Shown one piece after another: positions 51,177-63,735 of a stretch of 64,000 bases of DNA. The position numbers and the translations under genes were made by a program. The stretch comes from Marsupella aquatica (Eukaryota; Plantae; Marchantiophyta): NCBI GenBank assembly GCA_973895155.1, contig OZ316891.1, positions 7,929,808-7,993,807 of the forward strand, read 5' to 3'. The notes under the pieces were generated by a model that was not told the origin of the DNA, did no database searches, and saw only the letters and a list, made by a program, of their open reading frames with translations. Positions within the stretch are counted from its first letter, which is position 1, and every line of letters starts with the position of its first letter.

Positions 51177-54100
51177 ATGCCTTCGACTGAGAAGGCGCTG
51201 ACGTACGAGGAGGAACGCAAGCGCATCATTGAAGAAAACAAGCGGCGCATGGAGGCAAGCTCCCTTGCTGAACTCTTCGTTTTCGAATGCTCTCTATGAT
51301 TCTGTCAAGAAGAGTGTTGCGCGTTTCTAACTCACTGAATTGAATAACTGTTACAAGAGCGGAGAAGTATCCTGTTCAAAAGCGTGTCATTGTCAGGAAC
51401 GTAGGTACTTTATTATTGAGACTCTCCATGCTTCTCACGGCGCACATGTGCAGTCAAACTTGCCAGTCGTAAGTCTATGGAAACCCAGTATACTTTTCTC
51501 CGCAAATCTGGTTAGAAACACGCCGTGGCTGTCTGATAAGCCAGACTATGTAGGACCATGGCAAATTTGGGGAAGTCACTTATATGAGTCCTGGTATAAT
51601 GCGTTCAGACTACTGAAGGACATGGCAAACTTGGAGTCATCTAATTGAATCTGGAGAAAACTGGATTCCGAGCAAGGAGCTGGAAGGGAGGTCCTGTATT
51701 AGTTACTGCCCAAATGTTAGTTTATGGCGAAACTAATACTGCACGAAGACTAAATATAGTGAGCAGTCTGCTGAACTTCACAAGAAGTTTTCGAGCAACT
51801 CAATTTAGCGGGGTACGAGGAATGCGTGAGAATCTCCCCGTCATATTGGAGAAGTTGTAGATAATAATTCAAGGTGTCAGGATTTTGTGAAGCTATGATG
51901 GTAACTAACCGGGTAGATTGGCACATGATCTACCCGGAGCTCTGAAAAATTACTTCGATGGTTGAAATTCCCCCGTTTTGTTGTCGTTCAACATAGTGAT
52001 CAAATCTCTACCATCCTTCAACTCAAGTCATTTCGTATCTGAAGATCCTTATATCAGAGCACTTGGTGTCATCTCTTTGTTGACAATTCTAGAAAAAATG
52101 ATCAAAGGACAATGGCCTCGTAAAGGTATGGCAACCTTTTTTTGTAGACAAAATGCTTCACAAAGACCTGGTTTCCTTTGAGAAGCATTTTCTCAACGGT
52201 CTTTGCTGCAAACCTATGTCAACATAATTATTATTATTGATTAAATTGTCCATATCATTTACTGAACGGGTTCATTTGACCATGATTTATTTATTTATGT
52301 GTTTTTGTCATTGTACTTATTGAGCCATCTGGACAACATCTCCTCCTCAATTGATTCTTCTCTTGTGGTGCTTGATTGAATTCTAGCCATATGAATTGTA
52401 TCCTAAATTATTGTAAAACGTATTTTGAGAGACATACCATTCGCAACCTGGATTCCATACAGACGTAATTTTGTTATACACTTCGTTGTGTGTAAACTAC
52501 CAGTTTCATTTTCCAGAATAAATTACTAGTAGAAGTCTTCGCGAGAAAGCCTGTCTTTATTTCTTGAAACCTGAGGAGAATTCTGTAAAGTCCTTCTTTT
52601 TTCCCCGAAACAGATTGCAATTGACTGCGCCAGGATGGGAGCAGGGTTTCAGCTTCATAGTGTCTATTTTTAATTGCTGTTGTCATAACCAAGAATTCCT
52701 TCTGGCTTGTACTTGCAGGAGCTGGGCCTCTTCGAAACAATAGAATCGTTTCAAAAGCCACAAGTACCAAGGAAATTGGTAAGTGAACGGTGACGGACTT
52801 GTGTTGGTTGGATATTGACTATCTAATTTAGTTCATGTGGTTTAAGTCAATTGTGTGTTTTTATTTTGTAGATGAAAAGGGTACCCAGTAATCGAGATTG
52901 GGCCATAAAGACAAGGCGATCTTCCCGAGCAGCCAGCCGTCCCAAGGTTGATTATAGGGAGGTACGACGTCTTAAGATCAACTGCACGAATACACATGCT
53001 TGACGTATGGAACGATCTGGTGTTGGCTTATGTGAAGAACTTATGAGAAGCCTTGATGTATGATAGCCTTAATGTGGCAGCACAGCTGTAAGAGTTCGTT
53101 GGAATTGAAGATTGTGCAGGCAATGCCACTTGTTGACTGTGCTGATCACCTTTTGCACGTTGACTCATCGACTCATCTGATTGGAGACTCTTGTTTACTT
53201 CTTTTAGTCACTTTTGCAATAAGTTTGAAACGGATTGTGGGTTCAGGGTAGCATATACTCTATCTGTGACCTTGTGCTAGTCTATGTCCGTTTGTTGTAA
53301 TATCAGTTTTCAACGGCTGAAGGGTTTGGTTTTGATTTGCCGTTGTTAAACTTCTGAGTGTCAATCTTGTCTTCAGCGCTCTTCAAGAGTGTTGTGGATT
53401 GGACCAGTTTGGTGTCCTCTTCATCGCAAGAGGATATCTTGCAATTAACTGGTCGCAATGAATTGAGCAGCTTTGAGTTCGTTAGATCTGTGCAGGCCTT
53501 CATCGCTTCATGCTGATATAATTTGCAGTTATGCCTCTTCTTTTTCCATATAGGGATAAGTCCAAAGCCGCTAGGACGTGTAAACATGTGAGAATTTTGT
53601 CTGTAGGCGTAGGTTTATGTTGGGGATTGAATTATCTTTCAGGATCCTTCGGAATGCCCCCTAGTTGTATCCGATTCGTGGACACTCATGAGAAACGATG
53701 TTATGGTTTAAATTCTTGAAGCATGCCAAATCTCGCTGCTTCCATATTTTTCAAAACTCTACGTATGGTCTTTTTAGTCCACCTCTTGCATGTCACACCC
53801 CCCCCCCCCCCCCACACACACACACACACTTTCTCCTCTTTTCCTTGAAGCTCATTATTTGATGGTTTTCTTGATGCAATTACTTCACACAGGGAGGCAT
53901 AGATATTGGGCTCCGCCAGTCTCACGCTATTCGGAGGCCACTGAAGAGGCGGGGGTATGTTTCCCCAGCTGCAAAAAACGAGGCTGCTGTGAGAGCCGGG
54001 GACATCAAGACAACTCATCCATCCTTTGTGAAAGCCATGTTGAAGTCCCATACATCTGGCGGATTTTGGCTTGTGAGTAATTCCTGCCCCCAATGATTTT

Positions 54101-56675
54101 TGAAGTGATTTTTGGCTCATAGAGGGTGTCACTAAGTGTTGTTGCGTATTTTTGCAGGGTTTACCGAGCGACTTCTGCGCTAATAATTTCACCAAAGATG
54201 ACATCATCGTAGTAGAAGATGAGGACGGTTTGGAGTGGGAATGTGTGTACCTTCATCACAAGCACGGTCTCAGTGGTGGATGGCGTGGCTTCTCTATAGA
54301 CCATGAGCTGGAAGATGGCGATGCAGTAGTATTTGAGCTTGTTAAATCAACCCGCTTTAAGGTAGGCTTTACTCTTTGGAATGAAGGATATTTTAATGTG
54401 TTGCAGTGTCCATTAATAGTAAGGTTGATCCCCATTCTGCTTACCATGAACCAGCTCTTTCAGAAGTCAGCCTTCCTGTCAAGCAGATGTGTTCAGTCTG
54501 TTGGACTAGTCAATCTAAAATCAATATTTATGAGAAAACCCTTTGTGGACCCTCGTTGTTCTTTACACTTTTTGAGATTCTGTCCGTTCCATTGAAATGA
54601 AGCCACGAATTCGATGTAGACGGGTAAGCTATGTTCATAATCATGGGAACTCGCTAATCGAGGTATTCATAATCTACTTTGTCCCGCTCAAAAGATCCTT
54701 GATCTGTGTGTGATTACAATAGGGCTGTATTTCAGTTATCTGTCACGGGTCATTTGAACTTACTCTTGGACAATAAATGCGAAGATTTAAAGCTTAAATT
54801 TTCTTCACATTTTACTCACTGTGTCGTGAAACAGCCTTTTCGGTTCGTACTTCACTCTAGATTCCACGTCGTTTGTGCTTCGTTCCACACGTTGCAAGTC
54901 CCTGCCGTTGGGACTTCCAAGCATGCTCATTTTTCTGGACAACCTGTGAAAGGTTCCTGTAAACTGTGTAGATTGCTGCTTCGACAGCTCCAACAAATTT
55001 TGGCCAATAATCCTTCTGAACTTTCCTACTCCCGTATAGAAAAACTCGATGCAAGTTGTGTACGTATTATACAGTAAGGACTTCGCTGAACCTGAAAGAT
55101 GTGGACATGCTTCTGCGTCATTTGAAACCAGAGTAACATGTATCTTGGTACTGACCAAGGGCTATCCCCAATATAATCTACTGGATTGAAGTTCGTAGTG
55201 GAAAATTTGATTTCACTGAAAGTTGGGAAGGTAGCATGTCTGTAGAAAAAAGGCCTATTCTAATACAGCAACTAGTGATATGTGAGATTCTTCCAGTAGT
55301 GTGATAACTTAAAATTGAGAAGTAAATTTGTTCTTTGGCGAAATATTTTAGCCAGTGCATGCTTCTGTGGTCTGTAAGATAGAACACAAGGATACGAGGC
55401 CTGCGCATTATCTCAAAATATGTACGAGTTTCAATATGTACGGTCATGCTACTACATAAGGTAGGTTGTGAGTTAAGAGCTTCTGAATAGTCGTGCAATG
55501 TCTCGCAGGAGGCCCAAGAAAGCCTTGATTGTCGCAGTGGACATGTCTTTCACCTAGTCTAGGAAGCTGGTGGTCAGATGCTGAAAGCGCAGGCCTTGTC
55601 CCAAATCTGGGAATCTAGCAACTTTATCTTCAAAGCTGAAAAGGTTCGGACCCGTAGCTTAAGGGGATATCGCTGGCATTAAGGGCTTGCCCAAAACTCT
55701 GAGTTTTCAACGAATTGCTTTATTTGATAAATACATGTTGTTGTGTAGGTTTACATCACAAGAGCTGCTGTTTCCGAAGAACCTTCCAGTAAGAAGACAA
55801 CTGGAGTGGTCAAGAGAAGAGACTACCAATACGTTCTTAGGGATTCCAAAAATGTGCACGTACATTCAGTGTTACACAAGGCCCTTAAAATCGAGAAAGG
55901 CGATCAGTTTGATGGTAGAGTATGTAAACGATCTAAACCTGCCCAACCAGTGAAGAGAAGTGTTAGGAGTCGATACGATTGGAGTTCTGATGAGAGCGAA
56001 GAGTTGGAGGATATTCTTGGTGACACATCAGACGATGAAATCGATGCTACAAATGGGAGTGTAGAAGATTCTGATGAGGAGGATGCTGTGCAGTCATCTG
56101 AGGAAGATGCTTTGCAGTCGTCTGACGAAGATGCTGAAGATGTTGAGCAGTCATCTGATGATGTTGAAGTCCAGCCTGCCAGAAAGATGAAGAAGATTTC
56201 CAGGCCTACAAAGCGACCAATGAGGTCAAAGCAAGAGTCTCCATATATTAATTTAGATGACTCTCATGAGGAAGAGTCTGAGCAGGAAGATGCCATCCAG
56301 CCCACCAAAGATCTGAAGGAGAAGATTCGAAAGACTACAACTAGACCGGTAAAGTCAAAGCAGCAGCCGAAAGCAAAAACTGAACTCAAATCACGACAGG
56401 TCACCCCTGGCAGGCATGAAAGCTCAAGGGCTTCGGTGAAGGTAGCCAAGAAAGAAACGTCTGTTCGAAGAACTGACCGCAAAACTGATATACAGAAGGT
56501 CAGAGAGGAGATAGCTGCTCGTCGAATTGAGCAGAAATGCAATCTGCCGCCTGGCGCACGGCTGAAACCGTATGGTGTCTGTAGCATTGCTAGAGGATCC
56601 GGAAAGAGAAAGCTACCAGCAATTGCAAGGAAGTTTAGCTTTCTCAGTGGTCCAAAGTCTGTCAAGGTACACTAG
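51177..56675 (+). CDS. B3-domain protein (At3g19184/REM-like) with long acidic/basic C-terminal tail; exons ~51177-51254, 52719-52778, 52872-52961, 53892-54072, 54158-54361, 55749-56675
   Basis: Spliced: MPSTEKALTYEEERKRIIEENKRRME|ELGLFETIESF..|MKRV..RRSSRAASRPKVDYRE|GGIDIG..HPSFVKAMLKSHTSGGFWL|GLPSDFC..EWECVYLHHKHGLSGGWRGFSIDHELEDGDAVVFELVKSTRFK|VYITRA... This is a canonical B3 core with the typical N-terminal YE..R..RIEENKRRMEELGL motif. Confidence 0.9.
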
Positions 56676-56840
56676 AATCACTCATTCACGTCGGCTCACG
56701 ATAATCTGTTGATATGTAGGCTAGATTTTTTGTACTTCAGCAGGCGTGTGCTCACTGGAATGGCTACCAGAAGTAGGGTTTGAACTGCTGGTGTACTTCC
56801 TCGATCAAGAATTGCTCCGGTTTCTTTGAAGTCTTATACT

Positions 56841-58200
56841 TCACCACTTGCCTCTCGCCTCCCTCAGAGTCATAACAAACTGTTGAAGTTGTACAGGGTG
56901 CCCCCCTACGCCTCCTGAGTAGTATTTTGTAAATGTAGTTTGGTCCATTCCATGGTTATGGGCAGTCCCAAAGAAACATTTGTCTGGGTTGCGGTATGTA
57001 TGCATATCAGGGTCAGTGTACACGTACCTGCAAAATGAATTGTGCAAATCTTCATATGATTGTCCTGGCTCGTCAGCCTGGCTAGGATAAAGAACTTTGA
57101 ATCTGTGTGCATCGATGGCCACATACTGTCCATTGGGCATCCTGGGTGCATTGAGTGGCAGTCCAATGGCTTGGATAAGTTTATGCAGGATGCTTCGTCA
57201 GATACAACCCACTTTAGTTGAATGGTTGGTCCTTGAACTGAGATATCTGTCATCAATCTCAAAGTGATCAATTTCCAAGCCCAGTCACACAATGGTGGCA
57301 ACCCCATTCCAAAATCTCTCCAAAGTTCTGAGTTCTCAGACTTGGCAAAGATGAAAAGCTCCAGAAATAAATCACGTAATGTGTGAAATTGATGGAGAGA
57401 TGGTGTTTTTCAGAAGGGTAGTTGCATCTTGTTTTTGTCTTGAAAAACTAGCTGAAATTCATTCAAAAAGCCAGCGCATGACATGGGTGGCCCACAAAAG
57501 GGGGTTGGTACCCGGGGGGGACCAAAGATTGTGGCGCCCTAGGAACTGGAGAGGTGCACCAGGCAAGAAGCAGACCCAGCATTAAGGGAGCCATACACGA
57601 AATTTAAGTAATGCAGAAGGAGCAGCAAAACTCCAAAGATCGACCAGTGGAGAGGTACTGGCGGGACCAAAAAGTGTGTCCGTGATAAAGCAAAACAATA
57701 TTGATCTAGCCTGCAGTGTAGCTTCATCACCTAACACAGACTCTAAATCATGGGGGCGGGGAGGCACCGGTGGTACTTGTAGGATATCCTGAGGAATTCC
57801 TACAGTCCAGCCCAAGATCCGTAGTTGAGAGCCATGTAATTGACAGCATCACCAAAAGAGGATTTCCCACTCCGAATTTTTAAACGTTGTTTGGCCCAGT
57901 CTCTTATGATGACAGCAATGTCACACAAACGAGTGTGCTCAATGAAATGTGAACTCCTGTACTTCCAGAGAATTGAAGAACAATGTTATGGAAAAGTTTC
58001 AAAGGTGTGTTCCAAACATCCGGGACCAAGGGGGGCACCCACAAAGATGTCGGCCGGTTGAAGATGAATGGTTATGCTCCTTGTGGAGGATGTACTTTGT
58101 CGAATGAATTGTACCCAATGCCAGACAGAAGAACTGCATCTCATTTAGAGTGGGTAACATACAGGTCAGGTCATGTGTGAGGTCAAGGTATGTAGACACC
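56841..58200 (-). pseudogene. Decayed ORF of unknown function, co-oriented with and downstream of the Pif1-helicase remnant
   Basis: ORF pieces 57999-58199, 57582-57815 and 56841-57140 share one frame and are separated by in-frame stops; 56906-57307 is in an adjacent frame. The composition is protein-like, but no domain is recognised. Confidence 0.45.
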
Positions 58201-59129
58201 GTGCATCATGGATCTGCCATAATAGTGTCTTGCTCATCCGGTATCGCCAAATGTTTATCGGTATACACAAAATTGTCGGCAGTGCCACCTTCTAAAACGT
58301 TTGAATGTTGGTATACATAAATTTGTCAGCAAAATAATTCTTCCAAATTAGTTAGTGGTCTGCATTCTATTTTGATAATGTTACATATTTGTTTATAAAA
58401 ATGAATAATTATATATGTCATGGGTGATAATGTATGACAAGTTGTGGTACAACAGAACTAATTAGTTCGTGGACCCCTAGCTCTTTTGTCTAGGTTGTTT
58501 TCAATGTTAAGATTGAAATGTAGTTGATTAGCTTGTTTGTTTTTATTTTAAGTTAGGAGATTAATTAAACCAAAACATTTAATACATCATAGTGTTCGGT
58601 AAACATATTTGCCACTACATGAAAAAAGCAATGTTTTGTATTTCTTCCACTCATTCACATGGGGTTGAACTTGCGATTTGATGTAGTGGCTTCGGTTACG
58701 TTGAGTCGTCTGGCTCGATCTGGGCGGGCACGTCAGTTAGCAGCTCCTGGTCGCTGCCCCTTCTAAGTCTATCAACGAGGGAGAGAGGTTGTTGTTGCGT
58801 TATCCCTACCAGCATTCAACTGGCATCTAAGTCATGTCTCAGTCTCATGCGTTGCTCCAAGTGAGCTCCTTTAGTGACCTCGATGTACTCGTAGTACATC
58901 CCGTCCTTGTAAGTCAGTTGGTCCTCCTCAAAAGGAGCCAGGTGCCATGCCATGTATCTTAGGATTTCCTTCATGACACCTACATTGGATTTCATCATTG
59001 AGTTAGTGATTAATGTGCACATGAGATAGTTTGAGATGAATGGGACTTGCCTTGTTGCTTTTTTTGGTCAATATCTGCTACTTGAACACGACAAATGGGT
59101 AAGTGGAACACTATGAAGCCGGGCGGTGA

Positions 59130-60350
59130 GAGGGTTTCCAACAATTATGCGCATCAATGTTCAGTTTGTGACTCTACTCAACAAGACGTAGACAAGCCCA
59201 GGTGTGAATGCACTATTTATCTTTAACATACCTTGCCTGCTACCATGCAACCTTGGCTTTTGTGACCTGTTTCAGAATGGGTTGGATGAGCAGTCCTTGT
59301 CCTGATGTGTCTTGTGTAGCCTTGTGGAGATGCAATGCAACAATTTGGGTGTCAACATGCTTGCCTCATCTATGATGAACACATCGTTGTTTCTCAAGAT
59401 GTGGTAGTGGGGGCTAGTGATGTGTAGAGGTCGAAGCTCTCCGTGTATTGGAATGTTGAACAAGGGATGCATTGTCACGGTGTTGGCGTGAAGGTTATGG
59501 CAGTTGCGCCTGTGGTGGCACACATTTTCACTGCCCTCCCTTTCAATCTCCAGTATTTGTCTTAAATTGGATTGTCGTCAATCATAACCTCGTTGGATGT
59601 CCTTGAGGGCCTCAAACACTTTGTTTTGATCTGTAGTCAAGTCAACGATCAGGAGAGTTCTGTTGTGGAGGACCGTGTCCATCGGTTTGGGTACAGTGAT
59701 AGTAGGAACCGTTTGGAATATGGTCACGTCGTTGAAAATTTTGAGAGGAAGCTTCTTATTCAGCTCCTATAGCAGGTGGGATGTGTGGTGGGTGGAGTAG
59801 AAGTGTGATGTGCCATACTCAAGAACCAATTTGTGTATGTAGACGTCGACACTGTTTATCAACTTGTGGTGTATGCACTTGTGCAAGTAGCTCCATGTGT
59901 CACTTCTGGACCTGAGGAGAATTTTGCCTTATGCATTGAATCTCACAACCTTCAAGAGGTAGTTGTAGAAGAAGCCGTTTATCTTATATACTGGGTGGTA
60001 CTCTGAGAATCTCATGAGTTGATCCGTCTGACACACAAAGTTGCCTTGCAGGTCCTTGCAGACATAGATTTTGCTAGTCTTTTTCTTACGGGTTACCACC
60101 TCGTGGTTCATGAAATAGTCATGGAAGGACATTGCAAACATTGCCTTGAGTCGTTGCATGTAGAGTCTGGTGGGATGGAAAGATATCCTGGAGGACTTAC
60201 AAAGATGGCGGACCGATTCGTGCACTCTCATGTGCGTTGTGTGAGTTTAGCAGTTGATGGGCCCAAACTCACACCAATCTGTGGAAAACATCTTCCTTTA
60301 TCAAACCCTGGACAGCAGTTATCCTGCCTCCCGCTGCTCCACTTCTATTG
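59130..60350 (-). mobile_element. Degenerate, internally deleted Helitron-type Rep/Pif1-helicase remnant
   Basis: Pif1 motif Ia (KMCATTGATA, ~59530-59495), motif II (NDVFIIDEASML..NPF, ORF 59272-59523) and motif VI (AFTPGLVYVLLSRVTN, ~59212-59165). The upstream linker (LYMQR..MSFHDYF..YHPVYKINGFFYNYLLKVVRF) resembles the Rep-Hel interdomain. Multiple stops and frameshifts; Walker A not found. Confidence 0.75.
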
Positions 60351-61907
60351 ATTGATGACCTCTCCGTCGTGCATCTAACCATTGCACTCCCTACAATGTC
60401 ACACTTCATCTAGCTTCACAATCAACATATTGACATAGACCGAGGGTCAACTTTGTTCCAGTAGCACTGCCAGTTAATGAACCAATGGTGACTCCTTCAA
60501 ATTGCCCTATAGTATCAGCAATGAAGATGCACAAAGAGAATTCACAAGTGGACCATTGAGAACAAGTGACATTGCGGAATTACGAGACTACGGTAAATTT
60601 CTACCTTGCCGCTAAGCAATGCTGCTAGATTAAAGAGACAAATGACAGAATGAGGGATTGAGAGTTCTTACATTAATTGAGCATCTAATATATTATGGTC
60701 ATCCCTGCTACATATTCCATCATTTCATCTAACTCCAAGTATATTTATATTATCTTTAAGCCATGGATGTTGTAATTGGTTGGAAATGGATTTGAGTAAT
60801 TCTTGGTTTCCCTGGTTCCCTAATATGTATCAATTCGATTGTATATATTACCAAATTGCCAAAACAGATTGAATTTCAATTTTTTTAGTCCATTCCACTA
60901 TTTGCAGACTTTGCTTGACCTGCCTCACTAGTTCTTCACCTTACCGCAATTGTTGCTCTAAAAGTAGCTTCCCCGAGTATTGCTTTTGCACTTTTGACGA
61001 GTGTTGGCCGAGTAGTTGAAGGTTCCTTGAATGTTATCGCCCATGTGTGTCAGTGACTCCCTAGTACTCAATGATTCCATGACACTGGCGACCTTTCTCT
61101 CTCAGTCTCTATGGACATACCAATGGAAATGTCTTTACTTTGATGCATTTTGAGTGCATCCCAGAGTACTTATGAGATCCCTCTGATACCATGGAGGACA
61201 CCCTCAGGCACATTTTTGCTGACTTAGACAGTCAGTTGTTTACAGTTGCCTTGGTAAGTTTGGCAACCATTTAATTGTCAAACATTGACATTGTCCAATT
61301 TTTTCATTATTTATTTATTTGGAATGATTTATCTCATGTTTACAATAAGAACAAAAGCAAGTAAAATGATTATCAAGAAAGGTTTTACCTTGATGTCATT
61401 GTATTGCGCTTTGTATGTGAATTTTTTTCACATTCTTTTTTATGGCAAGGCGTCACAATTTTTACGTAGAACTTGCACAAACATGAAAGCACCGGTTCTT
61501 TTTATTTGGAAACAAGTCTCTTCTTGTTCGCAGCATGCCACGATGATGTGACGCAATGTGGAGTCTTGAATTTTGGACAGGACCCTTGAAGCAAAAATAT
61601 TAATCATTGTAACATCATTTGATTTTAGAGTGTGATTAAAAGAATAAAGTATAGATTATTGTAATAATTATTTTATCAAATATTTAAATCGTAATATTTA
61701 ATTAGAAAATTTAAATTTTAATATTATTTTATATAATTACATCATTAATTAAATTATATATTTATTTTAATATAAATTTTAAAATTGTATTAATCAGATT
61801 TTAAAAATTATAAATATATTTTTTCACTTCTGTAGAAAATAATAAATATGTTCACTAATGAGCCGGACATATTAATTTTGACGTACAAGACATTTTTCAG
61901 TTCGTCC

Positions 61908-62030
61908 TCACCTCCTTGTAACCTTTGCAAAAACGTTCGGCCTTGTTGCTCAATTCTTTCTTTGCAACTCACCTCCTTCGTAACCTTTGCAAAAACGTTC
62001 GGGCTTGTTGCTCAATTCTTTCTTTGCAAC
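61908..62030. repeat. 62-bp tandem duplication
   Basis: TCACCTCCTT(C)GTAACCTTTGCAAAAACGTTCGG(C/G)CTTGTTGCTCAATTCTTTCTTTGCAAC x2. Confidence 0.9.
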
Positions 62031-63542
62031 GCGTGCTCGGTAGTGCCCTCGGTACTGTACTTGTGGAGTGTTCCTGTGTTCTGCATTGCGCCCTGCCAAG
62101 AATCGAAATGATTTAAAATCCTCTGTAATGATGATTGCAAGATCGAGAATTCCAAAACGGTACAACCAAGATCGATCATTCTTCATGATGAGACATTTAT
62201 TGGTGGACAAGAAAATGAAAGAACAGAAGACGGGACGGCAGAATGATGAGGGATCATCGTTGTTTCGCCTTCTGACCCCGAGCCCTTTCAAATCCTGACG
62301 ACGGTTTCATTGCATGGCAGAGGGACATCGAACAAGACTGGTGTAGAGCTATCAGCTTCGGTGAGAGAGGAGGAACACGAATCATTCTCTGGAAATGTCA
62401 TAACTCAAGAAATTCAAGATGGAAGTGGGAAGATCAGCCACTCACTATTCAACGGCCTCACAGCTCGACCCCCTTCTGCTAACATGCAAGAAAGAAATAA
62501 CGAACGACTAAAAGATTGCTGCGGACGACACTGTCATTGGTACCTTGATGATCTATGGAGATTGTTGGTAAATTCCATCGGGGCAGACTGTCCACGGTAG
62601 AGACAGTAGTAGTAGTCCAATTAACTCGCGGTCACCAAATTAAGTGTTTCTGTGGGAGTATCCTGTCGACACCGACACGCATGCGAGACTGCAACTTCTG
62701 GAGGTTCAGCGAAATAGAGAGTAGTAATTGGCTAACAAGAACTTGAAGGAGTCGGAAAGCCAGGCGAATCAGATCGAGGTTTCTTGATGCTCACATGCAT
62801 GCATGATGACTTGATGAGCGAGCGAGCGAGGGAGGAAGACGATCAAGGAATCCTTAATTAAAGTACCCTAAATGCCCTCTTGGTCGACCACTTTCGGCAC
62901 ACCGTATCCATCCCTCCAGCGTTGATCCAGGACTGGTGTATGTATGTACACATGTAGCAACATTATTTGTTGACAATAACGGTTTCCACTCCCCTGCCGG
63001 ATTCGCGCTACAGTAGGTACTGTAACTTACTGGTCCCCGGCCGTCTCGGTCTGCTGCTCCTCGATCAGTGCGCACACTGGCCTGGGGCCCTACATTACTG
63101 CGAGCAACACGGCCAACTTATCAGAGCACCAGCGACTTAAACTTTCTCCACAGTTTTGTCACCGCATCCAGCTTACCGTATGACCAACCTGCCACGAACT
63201 TTTGTACCGGACTACCAACGCAACCCGAAGTAACTCGTTCAGTACTGTACAACATTAAGCCGCGCACCGCATCGATTCAGATTGAGAACGCATGCAAGCA
63301 CGGTTCGGCCCCGTGGTCAGTAGGACTGTCTATGCTCGCACATTTCTGAATCCGAGCTCGATTTTATTCTGCCCGCCGTTTCATGGCTTTTGATTATTCG
63401 GCTCGTTCCCTCCAATAGCTACCTACTCCGGCTCAAGTCGTGATCGACATCGATGGTTGCCTTCACGCAGTCAGTCCTCTAGAGAAGGGAGAGCGAGGAA
63501 GGGAAGGGAAGGGAGACCATCACGAGTTCTGGGCGCAAGATC

Positions 63543-63735
63543 ATGTCTCTCCAGCGCATTATAGCTTTCACGTTTCTTTGTGCTCTTCTGAATTGCTTAC
63601 AACAGAAAACTCTGAGACTCGGGGCTGATGCCGCCGTCTCGTTCTTGGACGCATTCCGTCCTTACTGGGGCGAGGAGAACATCAGATCCATTAACAAAGG
63701 ACAGACCGTTCAGCTTTCCCTCGACCGAAACTCAG
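63543..63735 (+). CDS. Xyloglucan endotransglucosylase/hydrolase (GH16, XTH), first exon only
   Basis: Signal peptide followed by SFLDAFRPYWGEENIRSINKGQTVQLSLDRNS|G with donor CAG|GTACAA at 63735/6, the conserved XTH exon-1 end (..LSLDxxSG). The gene continues beyond the window. Confidence 0.8.
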
